Of a stretch of 64,000 bases of DNA, positions 19,801 through 32,400 are shown piece by piece. The stretch is from Candidatus Poribacteria bacterium (GTDB lineage Bacteria; Poribacteria; WGA-4E; WGA-3G): NCBI GenBank assembly GCA_965214095.1, contig OZ243938.1:3008001-3072000 (forward strand). Reading direction: 5' to 3'. Under the pieces are notes generated by a model. The model saw only the letters and a program-made list of their open reading frames with translations. It made no database searches and was not told where the DNA came from. The position numbers and the translations under genes were made by a program. The number at the start of each line of letters is the position of its first letter. The stretch's first letter is position 1.

Positions 19801-22800
19801 ATCTACATCTGTCACATTGATTGTGATGGTGATCTCGTCCTCAAGAGTGCCATCAGACACTTTGACCTTGACTTCATAACGAGCTTTTGTTTCATAGTCA
19901 ATAGCAGCCTTCGTTTTTAGCTGCCCACTTGTGCTAACAATATCAAACGATGCAGCATCCGTCCCACTCAGGTTATAAGTGAATGTGGTATCAGCATCTG
20001 GATCCGCAGCGGTAACTGCTGTGCCAATGTTCGCACCTGCAGCAGTATTCTCGGCAACGCTACGTGTGGCGTTTTCACCTTCCGCGAAAACAGGTGCTTC
20101 ATTGACGTTGGTTATGTTCACCGTGACAGTGATAGTATCACTCAAACTACCATCAGATACGGTGACTGTAACTGTATAGGTGGACTTAGATTCGAAGTTG
20201 AGGACTGTACTGGTTTTTAGCTGCCCAGTTTCACCATCAATACTAAATGCTGATGCACCTGTTCCACTCAGTAGATATGCGAGTGTATTTGTATCTGCAT
20301 CAGTGGCACTGATCGGTGTGCCAATGTTGACACCAGTTGCTGTATTTTCTGCGACAGTCCGTGTTGCGGTTGCCCCCTCTGTGAACACAGGTGCGATGTT
20401 TGAAGGTGTTTCGTCTAAATTTCTGACAGTGATAGTTACGGTAATACTATCACTTCCATTGTTTCCATCTGATACACCTATTGTGACTGTATAGGAGGCT
20501 TTCGTTTCATAATCAAGCGCAGCTTTTGTTTTTAACTGTCCCGTCGTAGATTCAATGTCAAACGAAGCAGCATTTGTGCCGGTAAGGGAGTACGTCAATG
20601 TATCACCATCAACGTCTGTTGCAGCAACAGCACTGCCAATATTTATACCCGCACTAACGTTTTCTGCGATGGTGCGGGTAGTGCTTGCACCATCTGTGAA
20701 CACAGGTGCTTCATTGACGTTGGTAACGTTTATCGTAACAGCGATACTATCACTGCCACCGTTCTCATCAGAAACATTGACTGTTACTGTATAACTCGAT
20801 TTCGTTTCATAATTCAGAGCAGCTTTTGTTTTCAATTGTCCCGAAGAAGTATCAATACTAAAGGAAGCAGCATCTGTGCCAGTCAGACTATAGGTGAGTG
20901 TATCGTTGTCCGCATCCGTTGCAGACACAGCATTCCCAATATTTGTTCCTGATGCTGTATTTTCAGCGACCGTGAGGGTTGTTGTATTACCCTGTGTAAA
21001 GATAGGAGCGTTGTTTGTAGGTGACTCGTCAACATCAGTTACATTGATTGTGACGGTGATGGAGGCACTGCCATCCACACCATCAGACACGGAAATCGTG
21101 ACCGTATAGGTGGATTTAGTTTCATAATCTAATGCTGCATCTGTTCGAAGCTGACCTGAAGTGCTATCAATCGTAAACGATGCTGCATCTGTGCCTTCAA
21201 GACTATAAGTCAATGTGTCATTATCAGCATCCGTCGCAGATACAGCATCCCCGATATCTAAACCTGTGCCAGTATTTTCTGCGACTGAACGTGTTGTGCT
21301 GCTGCCATCTGAAAAGACAGGAGCGTTATTGGCAGGACTCTCATCTACGTTTGTTATGTTAATGGTTACCGTGATGCTATCGCTGCCTTCATTTCCATCA
21401 GAGACAGTAATTGTTACGGAATAGGAGGCTTTCGTTTCATAATCAAGCGCAGCACTTGTGCGTAACTGACCTGAACTACTGTTTATGCTAAAGGAGGAAG
21501 CATCTGTTCCACCGATACCATAAGTTAAGGTATCATCATCTGCATCTGTTGCAGAGATAGGATTTCCAATGTCAACACCAGAACCCGTGTTCTCAGCAAC
21601 AGAACGTGCGGCACTTTCGCCTTCTGTGAACACTGGCGCAGTATTGGTAGAACTCTCATCAACATCGGTAATATTTATAGTGACAATAATAGTGTCGCTA
21701 CCTCCATTTCCATCAGAGACCGTGAGTCTTACCGAATAGGAGTCTTTCGTTTCATAATCAAGCGCAGCACTTGTGCGTAACTGACCTGAACTACTGTTTA
21801 TGCTAAAGGAGGAAGCATCTGTTCCACCGATACCATAAGTCAAGGTATCATTATCTGCATCTGTCGCAGAGATAGGATTTCCAATGTCAACACCAGAACC
21901 CGTGTTCTCAGCAACAGAACGTGTGGCACTTTTGCCTTCTGTGAACACTGGCGCAGTATTGGTAGAACTCTCATCAACATCGGTAATATTTATAGTGACA
22001 ATAATAGTATCACTACCTTCATTTTCGTCAGTGACCGTGAGTCTTACTGAATAGGAAGTTTTCGTTTCATAATCAAGCGCAGCACTCGTCCGCAACTGAC
22101 CTGAACTGCTGTCTATGCTGAAGAAGGAAGCATCTGCGCCAGTCAGACTATAGGTCAAGGTATCCTTGTCAGCATCTGTCGCAACAACAGGATTCCCTAT
22201 GTTGACACCAGAACCCGTATTCTCCGCAACGGAACGTGTTGCGCTACTCCCGTTTGTAAATACAGGTGCACTATTCGCTGTTTCTGGAACAACACCTGTA
22301 GACGTTTCATCTATGTCCGTAACATTTATGGTGATACTTATGCTGTCGCTATACTCACCATCGGAAACAGTAATTGTTACTGTGTAGGAGGATTTGGTTT
22401 CATAATCCAACGCTGCTTTTGTTCTCAACTGTCCAGATGTGCTGACAATACTGAATGCAGACGCATCTGCACCTTCAAGGCTATAGGTCAAGGTATCGTC
22501 ATCAGCATCTGTCGCTGCCACAGCACTGCCAATATCAACTTCTGCACTGGTATTTTCTGCTACAATTCGTGTAGCACTCTCACCTTCGGTAAACACGGGT
22601 GCGCGGTTATCTACGACATCCGTGATATTGATTGTAATGTTGATAGTATCCGTAAGCTTTCCATCAGATACTGTTATCATGACCGCATAAGTCGCCTTCG
22701 TTTCATAGTCAAGAGCAGCTTTCGTTTTTATCTGTCCGTTTGTGGTATCAATGTCAAAGGAAGCAGCATCCGTTCCTGTAAGACTGTAGGTTAATGTGTC

Positions 22801-22863
22801 CCCATCAGCATCTGTCGCTGATATCGGACTCCCAATACCAACATCAGAACTGGTGTTTTCACT

Positions 22864-23863
22864 GAACTCATATTGAGTAAAACATAATAATGCTATATAA
22901 TAGGGAAACACAAGAGTTTATTTATGTCCTATTCTTTCACTTCATATATCTATAACTTATTGAAAGGTGTTGTTATGGCAGACAAGGTTCAAGAGCCCCT
23001 CAGATACAATGGTATTCCGAAGCAGGTTTCACGTAAGGATTTTAATCGTTATATCAAACCTCATCTAAAGAAACGCATAAAAGGTCCCAAACCGAAACTG
23101 TCTTTCTATAAGATATTCAACTATATCCTCTATGTTTTACATACCGGTATTCAATGGGATCAACTCCGCACACGGCGTAATGAACTCCATTGGTCTAACG
23201 TCTATAAATGGCATAATCGTTGGTCAAAAGATGGTTCTTATGAGAAACTTTTTGAAGCATCTGTCATACATCTTCATGATAGTGATCAACTTGACACCTC
23301 TTGTTTACATGGTGATGGTTCAAACACTGTTGTAAAAAAAGGGGTGACACCATAGGGTATTCAGGTCATAAACATCAAAAAGGTGAAAAAGAGGTGGCTA
23401 TCACCGACAATAAAGGTTTTATCATTGGTCCAATAACCCTCAAACCAGTGAACCAACATGATACAACGATTTTGCCCGAGGCATTGACCGAACTCATCTC
23501 CTTCAGCAATCGGATTGGCATGGCACTTGATGGTTCCGCGCTAACGCTGGATTCTGGTTTTGATTCCAAGGTGAATCATAAGATTATTAAAGAACAAGGA
23601 CTGATCCCAGTGATCTACCCTAACAAACGAAACACTAAAGAACCTATCGCTATCGCTCGCAAGTTCCGGTGGTTTAGAAAAGATATATACAAAGACCGGT
23701 ATAAAGTAGAGCGAACTTTCGGGTGGCAAGATACTTACCGAAGACTCGTTCTAAGTTATGATAAACTCAAAGAAACACGTTTAGGTTTTCGTAATTTAGC
23801 ATATTCAATGATAAATTTTCGAGCAACTTTCAACGATGCTTAGATGTTACTCGCTATGAGTTC
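22864..23863 (+). mobile_element. IS5-family insertion sequence, 1000 bp, 3-bp target duplication ACT
   Basis: IRL GAACTCATATTGAGTAA and IRR (reverse complement) GAACTCATAGCGAGTAA match 15/17. ACT at 22861-22863 and 23864-23866. The empty site TTTTCACTTACAG is present in the paralog. Confidence 0.93.
22975..23843 (+). CDS. IS5-family DDE transposase, two ORFs joined by a probable -1 frameshift
   Basis: ORF-A (YVLHTGIQWDQL...HGDGS) and ORF-B (TLDSGFDS, RYKVERTFGW). A7G4 run at 23334-23344, with ORF-B in the -1 frame and open from that run. Confidence 0.85.
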
Positions 23864-26495
23864 ACTTACAGTTCGAGTCGTACTGCTTCCTTCTGTGAAT
23901 ACAGGAGCACGGTTTTCTGATACATCGGTTACATTGATCGTAACCGCGATAGAATCGCTGCCGTCTTTGCCATCGGAAACAGAAACATTTCCTGAATATG
24001 TAGTTTTGGTTTCATAGTCAAGAGCAGCTTTCGTTTTTATCTGTCCGTTTGTGGTATCAATGTCGAACGAAGCAGCATCCGTTCCTGTAAGACTGTAGAT
24101 TAATGTGTCCCCATTAGCATCTGTTGCGGCTATAGCACTTCCAATATTGATACCCGCTGCTGTGTTTTCTGCGATGGAGCGAGAGGCGGTCTCACCCTCC
24201 GTGAACACAGGTGCGACATTCAAGGCTTTGAATATTTCCAACGGTGTCTGGTTCGTTTTATCAAGTGCGTATCCAGTATGACCTGTCGGTAGACTCGGCA
24301 CACTGTCGATACTCACGGTGACAGCACCGAAGGTGTTGGGTGTGCGAGTGACAGTATGGAGCTGACTCATAACACTGCCTTTGGCAATGCTGATAGCAGT
24401 GAGGTTATTACTTAGACTGCCATTTGCTACGGTGATAGGCAGCGAAATATCATAAGGTGCACCTGTCGGGAAGACCACTTGAATCATGTTATCGCCAACC
24501 TTCTGCAGTGTTAGAGATAACAACAATGGGTCAGTTGTGTTGCCACTCAAGTTGAGTGTTGTCAACGATGTCAGACCTTGAAAGATGCCATCAGGTAGGT
24601 CTTCTAATTGGTTATTGCTTAGGTTCAGAGTTGTGAGAGATAATAAGTCTGTGAAATCACCTGTATTGAGGGATACAATGGACATACCACTCAAATCCAA
24701 CGCAGTGATAGTTGCAAGTTGGACCTCTGTCACGTTGTTACAATCACTTACACCGGAAACTGCGGCAGCGATTGCATCGGCAACTTGTTGGGAGCGATTA
24801 CAGACTGTCGACTTGGCGAGGATATAGCCAAAATGATTCGTAGGCAGGGACGGTAATGCACCTAAACGGACATCTGTCGTTGTAGCAGTAAAGGCATCAC
24901 TTTCAAGACTTCCTTTTGATATTGTAATCGTTGTTATACTTGCGTCATTGAGTGGCACCACAATATCAAACGGCGCACCTGCGGGGATAATCACCTTAAA
25001 CTGATTTTCTGCGATCTGTTGCAATGAAACCATCAGTGGCATCGGATCAAGCAGATTTCCACCTAGACGGAGCGATGTGAGCGAAGTAAGTCCTTTAAAG
25101 ATACCGACTGGTAGTCCATTCAGCATATTACCGTATAGGTTAAGGTTCGTGAGAGCTGTCAGCCCACCAAAATCACCCGTTTTGAGTTCCGTAATATCAA
25201 CATTACGTAGATTAAGACTGGTAATGGCTGCGAGGTGGGTATCGGTTACATCTTCGGCAGCATCTACACCAGGGATTGCTGCCACGATAGCATCACGGAC
25301 TGCAGCAGTGCGATCACTGACAGCAAGTGATGTTATATCCGTCGTGGTGTCACTGGCATCAATGACATTTACAATCACAGTAATCGTATCTGTCAGTTCA
25401 CCATCAGAAACAGTGATTGAAACGCTATACAAGTGCTTCGTTTCATAATCTAAATCCGATTTTGTTTTCAGTTGTCCATTAGAAGAATCAATCTCAAATG
25501 AATTCGCATCAATACCACTGAGTGTGTATGTCAAGGTATCTTCGTCTGTATCCGTAGCGGAAACGGCACTGCCGATGTTTGTATTTGCTACCGTGTTTTC
25601 TACGACTGCGCGGGTAGTAATGCTACCATCACTGAAAACGGGTGCAGCGTTTACGGTAGGATCGGTAACTCCAGTCATTTCGGTTGGGTCGGTAACTTCA
25701 GTCATTTCGGTAGGGTCAGGATTCTCAGTAGAACTTTCAGCACCGATTATTTCAAGTGGTAACGACCCTGGTTTTGTCAAGGTATATCCGTAGTGATTTG
25801 CGGGCGAACTTGGCAACGAGCCGATATTTGCAGTAACCGCATTGGTCGTATTCGCAGTGCGCGAAACCGAAACCGCATCGCTTGCTGTGCTGCCTTTAGA
25901 GACGGTGAGTGTAGTAACATTCTCTGCAAGGGTGCCGTTTGCAACAGTCACAGGTACGACTATAGAGAAAGGTGCGCCGGTCGGCACAACTGCCTTGAAT
26001 TGATTTTCTTCAACCTTTTCAAGCGTTACGGATATCTGCATCGGGTCAACGGTGTTGCTTCCCAATCGAAGTGTTGTTAACGCTGTGAGTCCTTCAAATA
26101 TACCATCGGGGAGACTGCTTAGTTCATTGTCGTATAAATTCAGACTTGTTAATCCTGTCATCCCAGAAAAATCACCAGTTTTAAGAACGGTAATACCTTT
26201 TTCTCTCAGATTGAGAGCAGTAATTGCTGCAAGGTGTGTTTCTGTTACATCCGTAGCAGCGTTGACACCTGCCGCGGTGACGATAGCATCCCGCACTTGA
26301 GTTGTCCGCTCATTCACTGGCGTGACATCCGCAATACCTGTAAGGTTTGTGCTAAGAAGTATGAGAAGCACGACTAAAATGAGTAAGGTGTTGTTGTTAT
26401 ATAAAGCTAAACGATTTTTCACGGTAATAAATGTCCTTTCATATTTGTGTTTCTGATGGGTAGCAGGAGACAACCCACCCGCCAAGTGGGTATTG

Positions 26496-29400
26496 CTATT
26501 TCCGTATCAACATTTTCCGGGTAGCAGTGAAATCGCCTGCTTTGAAGGTGACGAAATAGACACCTGTAGCGACTTTCTCTCCGATACTGTTTCTACCATC
26601 CCAATGTGCAGCACGTTGTTGACTTGTATAGAAACCTGCTTTCTGCTGTCCTAATGCTAATGTCCGAACGACAACACCACGCATGTTATAGATGGTCAAT
26701 GTGACATCGGCAGGTTTAGACAACTGGTAAGGTATCCATGTTTCCGGGTTGAATGGGTTTGGGTAGTTCGGTAAAAAGTCTGTCTTGTCTGGTATCTGCA
26801 CCAACTCTTGTGGGGCAAGATTGATAGCGGGTAAAATTACCGGTGGTCGAGTAGGATCTATAGCCAATAGGTAGCCACGGTGTCCTGGCTCTATCATAAA
26901 GTGGGCAATGGCTCGGACTAGGATAACAGAATTAGTGGAGGTGCGGACAATATCAAGGACACCACCCTCGGTGCTGCCTGCAGGGATTACCATCGAATCA
27001 TAAGATAAACCATTGTGGGTTTCCTCGCCACTTGCTGCGCCATTGAGAATTATAACCGCCACATTCAAATCAACTGGGGCTCCTACCGGACACACCGCTT
27101 TGATCTGCCCATCAGCGACTTTCGTTATTTTAATAAAAATTGTGAAAGGATCGGTACTGTTTCCCGACAGATTGATGGTAGTCATTAGCCTGCCATTAGC
27201 CAGCAATCCATCTGGTAATGTACTCAAACTGTTATTGCTTATATCAAGATTGTCCAATGTCGTCATGCTTGTTAACAGATTGTCTGGCAACGAACTAATA
27301 CTGTTATCACTTATGTCAAGAGTCACCATGGCAGTGAGATTATCAAAAATACCTGATGGAAGAGATGTTAAACTGTTGTTTTCCAGGTTAAGGTATGTCA
27401 ATGCCGTGAGATCGTCAAACACATCATCAGATAGTGATGTTAAACCGTTGTTTCCCAGATTTAGTGACACCAAAGACGAGAGACCGTCAAATATACCAGA
27501 GGGTAACGAACTCAGGTTATTACTGAAAATGGTCAGCTCTCTTAGGTTTGTAAGTCCATCAAAATCATCTGCTGTCAGAGAGGATATTGATTCCGAACTG
27601 AGATCTATTGCGAGAATCTGCAAAAGGTGACCCGTTTTGACATCGGCAGCAGTTGACACATTAGATAGTGCTTGGACAATCGCATCACTCACTTGCGAAC
27701 TGCGGCTACTAAGTGAAACTGAGGGATCGGAATCATCAAACTCTGTAACATTTATCGTGATGTCAATGGAGTCAGTTCCCCCGAATCCATCGGACACAGA
27801 TACGGTTACGGCGTATGAGTTTTTCGTATCATAATCTAATGTTGCGCTGGTTTTGAGTTGTCCTGTTGTGCTATCAATACTAAATGAGTCAGCATCTGTA
27901 CCTCCAAGACTGTATGTGAGTGCATCATTTGCATCAGCATCCGTAGCAGTTACAGGCTCACCAATTGTTCTCCCAGATGGAGTCCCCTCAATGACTGATC
28001 GGGATGCGCTTGTTCCTTCTGTGAATTCGGGTACTTCGTTATTTCCCTTAAAGATATTAATTCTGGTCTCATCATAAATAAGTTGATAATCCGCTCGATC
28101 ATCAGGTGGGGGCAGCGGTAAAAGGGAAAGATAAACGACAGCATCCTCCGTTGTCCCCGCATCTCGGACTAAAGTATATTCGGGACTTTCTACTGCACCC
28201 TTTGGAATTCTGGGGGTGATATTTCCTCCACTATAACTACAGTTTACAGTGATGACCGATGCGCCAATACTAATGGGGGCACCAATGGGACACACAAGTT
28301 TTATTTTATCCGTGCCAACCTTCTCAATACTTACAGTTATATCAAAAGGAGCCCCTGGATTAAGAGATAAACCAAGAGAAGTTAAACTGGTGAGTCCATC
28401 AAAAAATCTATCTGGCAATGATAGTAGGTTGTTATTTGACATTACAAACCATTCTAGCTTTGACAAGTTACTGAGAATACCCTCTGGTAATGAAGAAATT
28501 TGGTTATCAGACAGGGTAAGACTCCACGAATTTGAGAGTTGGTCAAAAATACCACTGGGTAGTGAAGTCAGATTGTTGTTGTGCATATCCAGTCGTGTCA
28601 GTGAAGTTAGGCTATCAAAGACTGTGCTCGATAAGGAGGTTAGTCCTGTAGCTTCTAGGTCCAGTGTACTCAGTGAAGTTAGGTTATCAAAGAGACCTGA
28701 AGGTAGCGTACTGATGTTACAACCTTCAATATGCAAAGTATTAAGGGATGTAAGATTGTCAAATAAACCGGCGGGTAATGACGTGAGATCATTATAACTG
28801 ATGTTCAGAAAAGTCAGTGATGTAAGGTCATCAAAGACATCTGCGGGGAACGAGGATATGTCATTTTGTTGCAGGTTGAGATACGTTAAACCAGTGAGAC
28901 CGTCAAAGTCATCAGCACTTAACGAAGATATTGATTTCCAAGAGAGATCAATTGAACGAATGCCATTAAGGTGTACTTGGAATACGTCGTCTGCTGAATG
29001 GACATTGGGTAGTTTGCCGAGAATAGCATTCCTGACAGCAATATTTCTATCACTGAGTGGAATTTCGGGAGGTGTTTCATCTAAATCGGTGACATTGATT
29101 GTGACTGAAATGGAAGCGGTTCCACCGAAAGTATCAGCAACGTCAACGGTCACGACATGGGATGTACTCGTTTCATAATCCAACGCGCCATTGGTTATAA
29201 GTTGACCTGTGGTGCTTTCAATACTAAATAGAGCTGCATCAGTTCCGCTGAGTGTATAAGTGAGTCTATCGTTATCAGCATCCGTAGCCGATACGGGATC
29301 ACCGATGTGAACATTAGAAGGTGTTCTTTCTTGGATAGAACGTGTTGTGCTGCTCCCATCTGTAAATACAGGTATGTTGTTGTCAGCTCTAAACACATTC

Positions 29401-32400
29401 AAATCACTCCCTTTTGTCAATACATAACCGCTGTGATCTGAGGGTCTACCAGGTAAAGTTCCGATAGACGCGATAACATCGTCTGTCGTCCCGGCAGTGC
29501 GTGTCACTGTCAGTGTCTCACTATCAGTAGCACCTTGTGAAATTGATACACTTGTTGCCCCACCAGTGATACTCCCATTTGTAACACTCACAGGCACGGT
29601 TATATCAAAAGGCGCGCCCGTAACCGCGACTGCTTTGAATTGTCCTTGTGCAACCAGTTCCAAAGCGATAGGCAGTGATAGTGGCTCAACAGAATTTTCT
29701 TCTAAATGAAGTTCTGAAAGACTGGTCAGGTTGACAAATATGCCAGCGGGTATAGAGGAGAAGTCGTTGTCTCTGAGGTCAAGCGTTGACAGGGATGTGA
29801 GTTTCTCAAAAATACCAGGTGGTAGTGTGGTAAAACTGTTTGAATCCAGGCGAAGATCTGTTAATGATGTCAGATTATCAAAAACACCGGACGGTAGACT
29901 ACTCATTCGACAGTAGAACAAATCAAGTGATCTTAGTGAAATAAGATCGTCAAAAATTTTGGGAGGTAGGGTGCCTATAGCAGTGTTAATAGACAAATTA
30001 ATACCCGTCAAACTGGTAAGTCCATCAAAATCACCCACTTTCAGTCCCTGGATGTTATATGCCCTTAGATTTAATGTTCCGCCTATTGCTGCAAGATGTT
30101 CTGCCGTTACATCCGTAGCATTGTAGATGCCAGGGACCTTACTCACAATTGCATTGCGCACATCTGCGGTGCGCTCACTCACAGGAGTTATACTTTCGTT
30201 TACATCTATAATGTTGATCGTGACGGTGATCGTCGCACTATTGTTACTCGCGCCGCTGTCATCCACCACCTTGACGGTTACCGAATACGAACTCTTTGTT
30301 TCATAATCCAACGCGGTACTGGTTTGCAGCTGCCCTGATGTGGTGACAATACTAAACGAGGACGCATCCGTGCCTTCAAGCGAATATGTGAGAGTATCAC
30401 CAAGATCTGTAGCAGATATAGGATCGCCAATGTTGGTACCGGCATCCGTATTCTCTCTTATAGAACGTGTGGTACTACTACCATCGGTAAAAACTGGGGT
30501 AACGTTATCACCTCTTATTACGATAGCATTTTGCCCCTTGGTAAGCGTGTATCCTGTATGGTTTGTGGGAATGTCAGGTAAAGTGCCAATAGATGCCACA
30601 ACATGGGCAGTTGTACCGGTGGTGCGTGTCACTGTCAGTGTCTCACTATCAGTAGCACCTTGTGAAATTGTTACACTTGTTGCCCCACCCGTGATACTCC
30701 CATTCGTAACACTCACAGGCACGGTTATATCAAAAGGCGCGCCCGTAACCGCAACCGCTTTGAATTGTCCATCAACAACTTGTTCCAAAGCGATAGGCAG
30801 TGGGAGTGGATCAACAGGATTTGCGTGGAGATTAACATCTGAAAGACTGGTAAGATTAACAAACATCCCGTTCGGTATAGAATTGAACTGGTTTCTAAAT
30901 AGTTCAAGTTTTCTCAGTGATGTGAGATTGGCAAAAATACCTGCAGGTAATGAACTCAATTTGCACCCATCCAGGTCAAGATTTATTAATGATGTAAGGT
31001 TGTCAAAAACACCTGTAGGTAATGAACTAATTTTGTTGTTTTCCATCTCAAGTGTTGTCAGAGAGGTAAGATCATCAAAGATTCCAGCAGGTATTGAAGA
31101 TAAATTTGTGTTCCAATCCAAGTCAAGATATGTCAAACTGGTCAGTCCATCGAAATCACCTGCTCTGAGTGATACAATGTTCGACGTTGCGAGACTCAGT
31201 GTGCCCGTTATCGCTGCGAGATGTTCTTCCGTTACATCCGCAGCGTTGCTGATGTCAGGCACCTTATTCACAATTGCATCGCGCACTACTGGGGTGCGTT
31301 CACTCACAGGAGTTGTACCTTCCTCTACATCGGTGATATTGATAGTAACAGCAATGGTTGCACTATTGTTACTTGCGCCACTGTCATCCGTCACCTTGAC
31401 AGTCACAGAATACGTACTCTTTTCTTCATAATTCAACGCAGCGCTTGTTTGCAGCTGCCCTGATGTGCTCACAATACTGAATGAGGACGCATCTGTACCC
31501 TCAAGACTATAGGTCAATGTGTCACCTGTATCTGCATCTGTTGCAGCGACGGCGGTACCGATGTTTTCACCGGACGCAGTATTTTCTGCGATAGAACGGT
31601 CGGTGCTGGCACCATCAGTAAACACAGGCGTGTTGTTGGTTTGGTTTTGCCGTGAAATACGGGTGACAAGGATTGTCCCAGATACTTCAGCAGTGCCACC
31701 ATTCCCGTCTGATGCGATTACGTTTATTGAATACGACGAACTGGTATGATCAATAAGCGTTTGCGTAACTTGGATCTTTCCTGTGGACGTCTCTATGGTA
31801 AAATAAGAGGCATCTGTTCCACCCAGACTATAGGTCAATGTGTCATCATCAGGATCCGTCGCGGTTACAGCAGTACCGATCATATCACCGACCGACGCAG
31901 ACGCAATATCTGCTATGCGATAGTTAAAACTATTTGCTGAAAATGTTGGCGCACGGTTCTCATCCACGTCTGTGATGTTAATCGTGACGGTGATAGTGGT
32001 GGCATCGTTACTTGCACCACTGTCATCTGTTGCTGTGACGGTTACTGAATAGGAAGTCTTTGTTTCATAGTTAAGTGCTGCTTTCGTTTTCAACTGTCCT
32101 GAAGTGGTAACGATGCTGAGGGATGCAGCATCTGTGCCGGCGAGGCTATAGGTCAAGGTATCATCGGTATCCTGGTCTGTTGCAGTAACAGCATTTCCGA
32201 TGTTAGTATTAGCAACGGTATTCTCAGCGATGGCACGTGTGGTTGAAGCACCCTCTGAGAACACAGGTGCATCGTTCGCGTCTGTGACGTTAATCGTCAC
32301 CGTGATAGAATCTGTGGCATTATCTGGGTCTGAAGCAAATACCGAGACGGAATATGAACTTTTCGTCTCATAATCTAATGCTGCCTTTGTTTTCAACTGG

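Larger units (their letters stand above)
15598..26422 (-). pseudogene. Giant LRR/cadherin protein gene (about 3270 aa) interrupted by an IS; paralog of 26496-39392
   Basis: Removing 22864-23863 plus one ACT copy rejoins ...TTRTVS|ENTSSDVG in frame, matching the paralog at about 36860. Likely GTG start at 26422 after AAAGGA. Three short N-terminal LRR modules, 20 cadherin-like repeats, one long LRR tip and the C-terminal sorting domain. Confidence 0.9.

Noticed and set aside
22864-22911. 2437-aa ORF as an independent gene starting MFPYY
   Set aside because: The start lies inside the IS. It is the 3' part of the interrupted gene.
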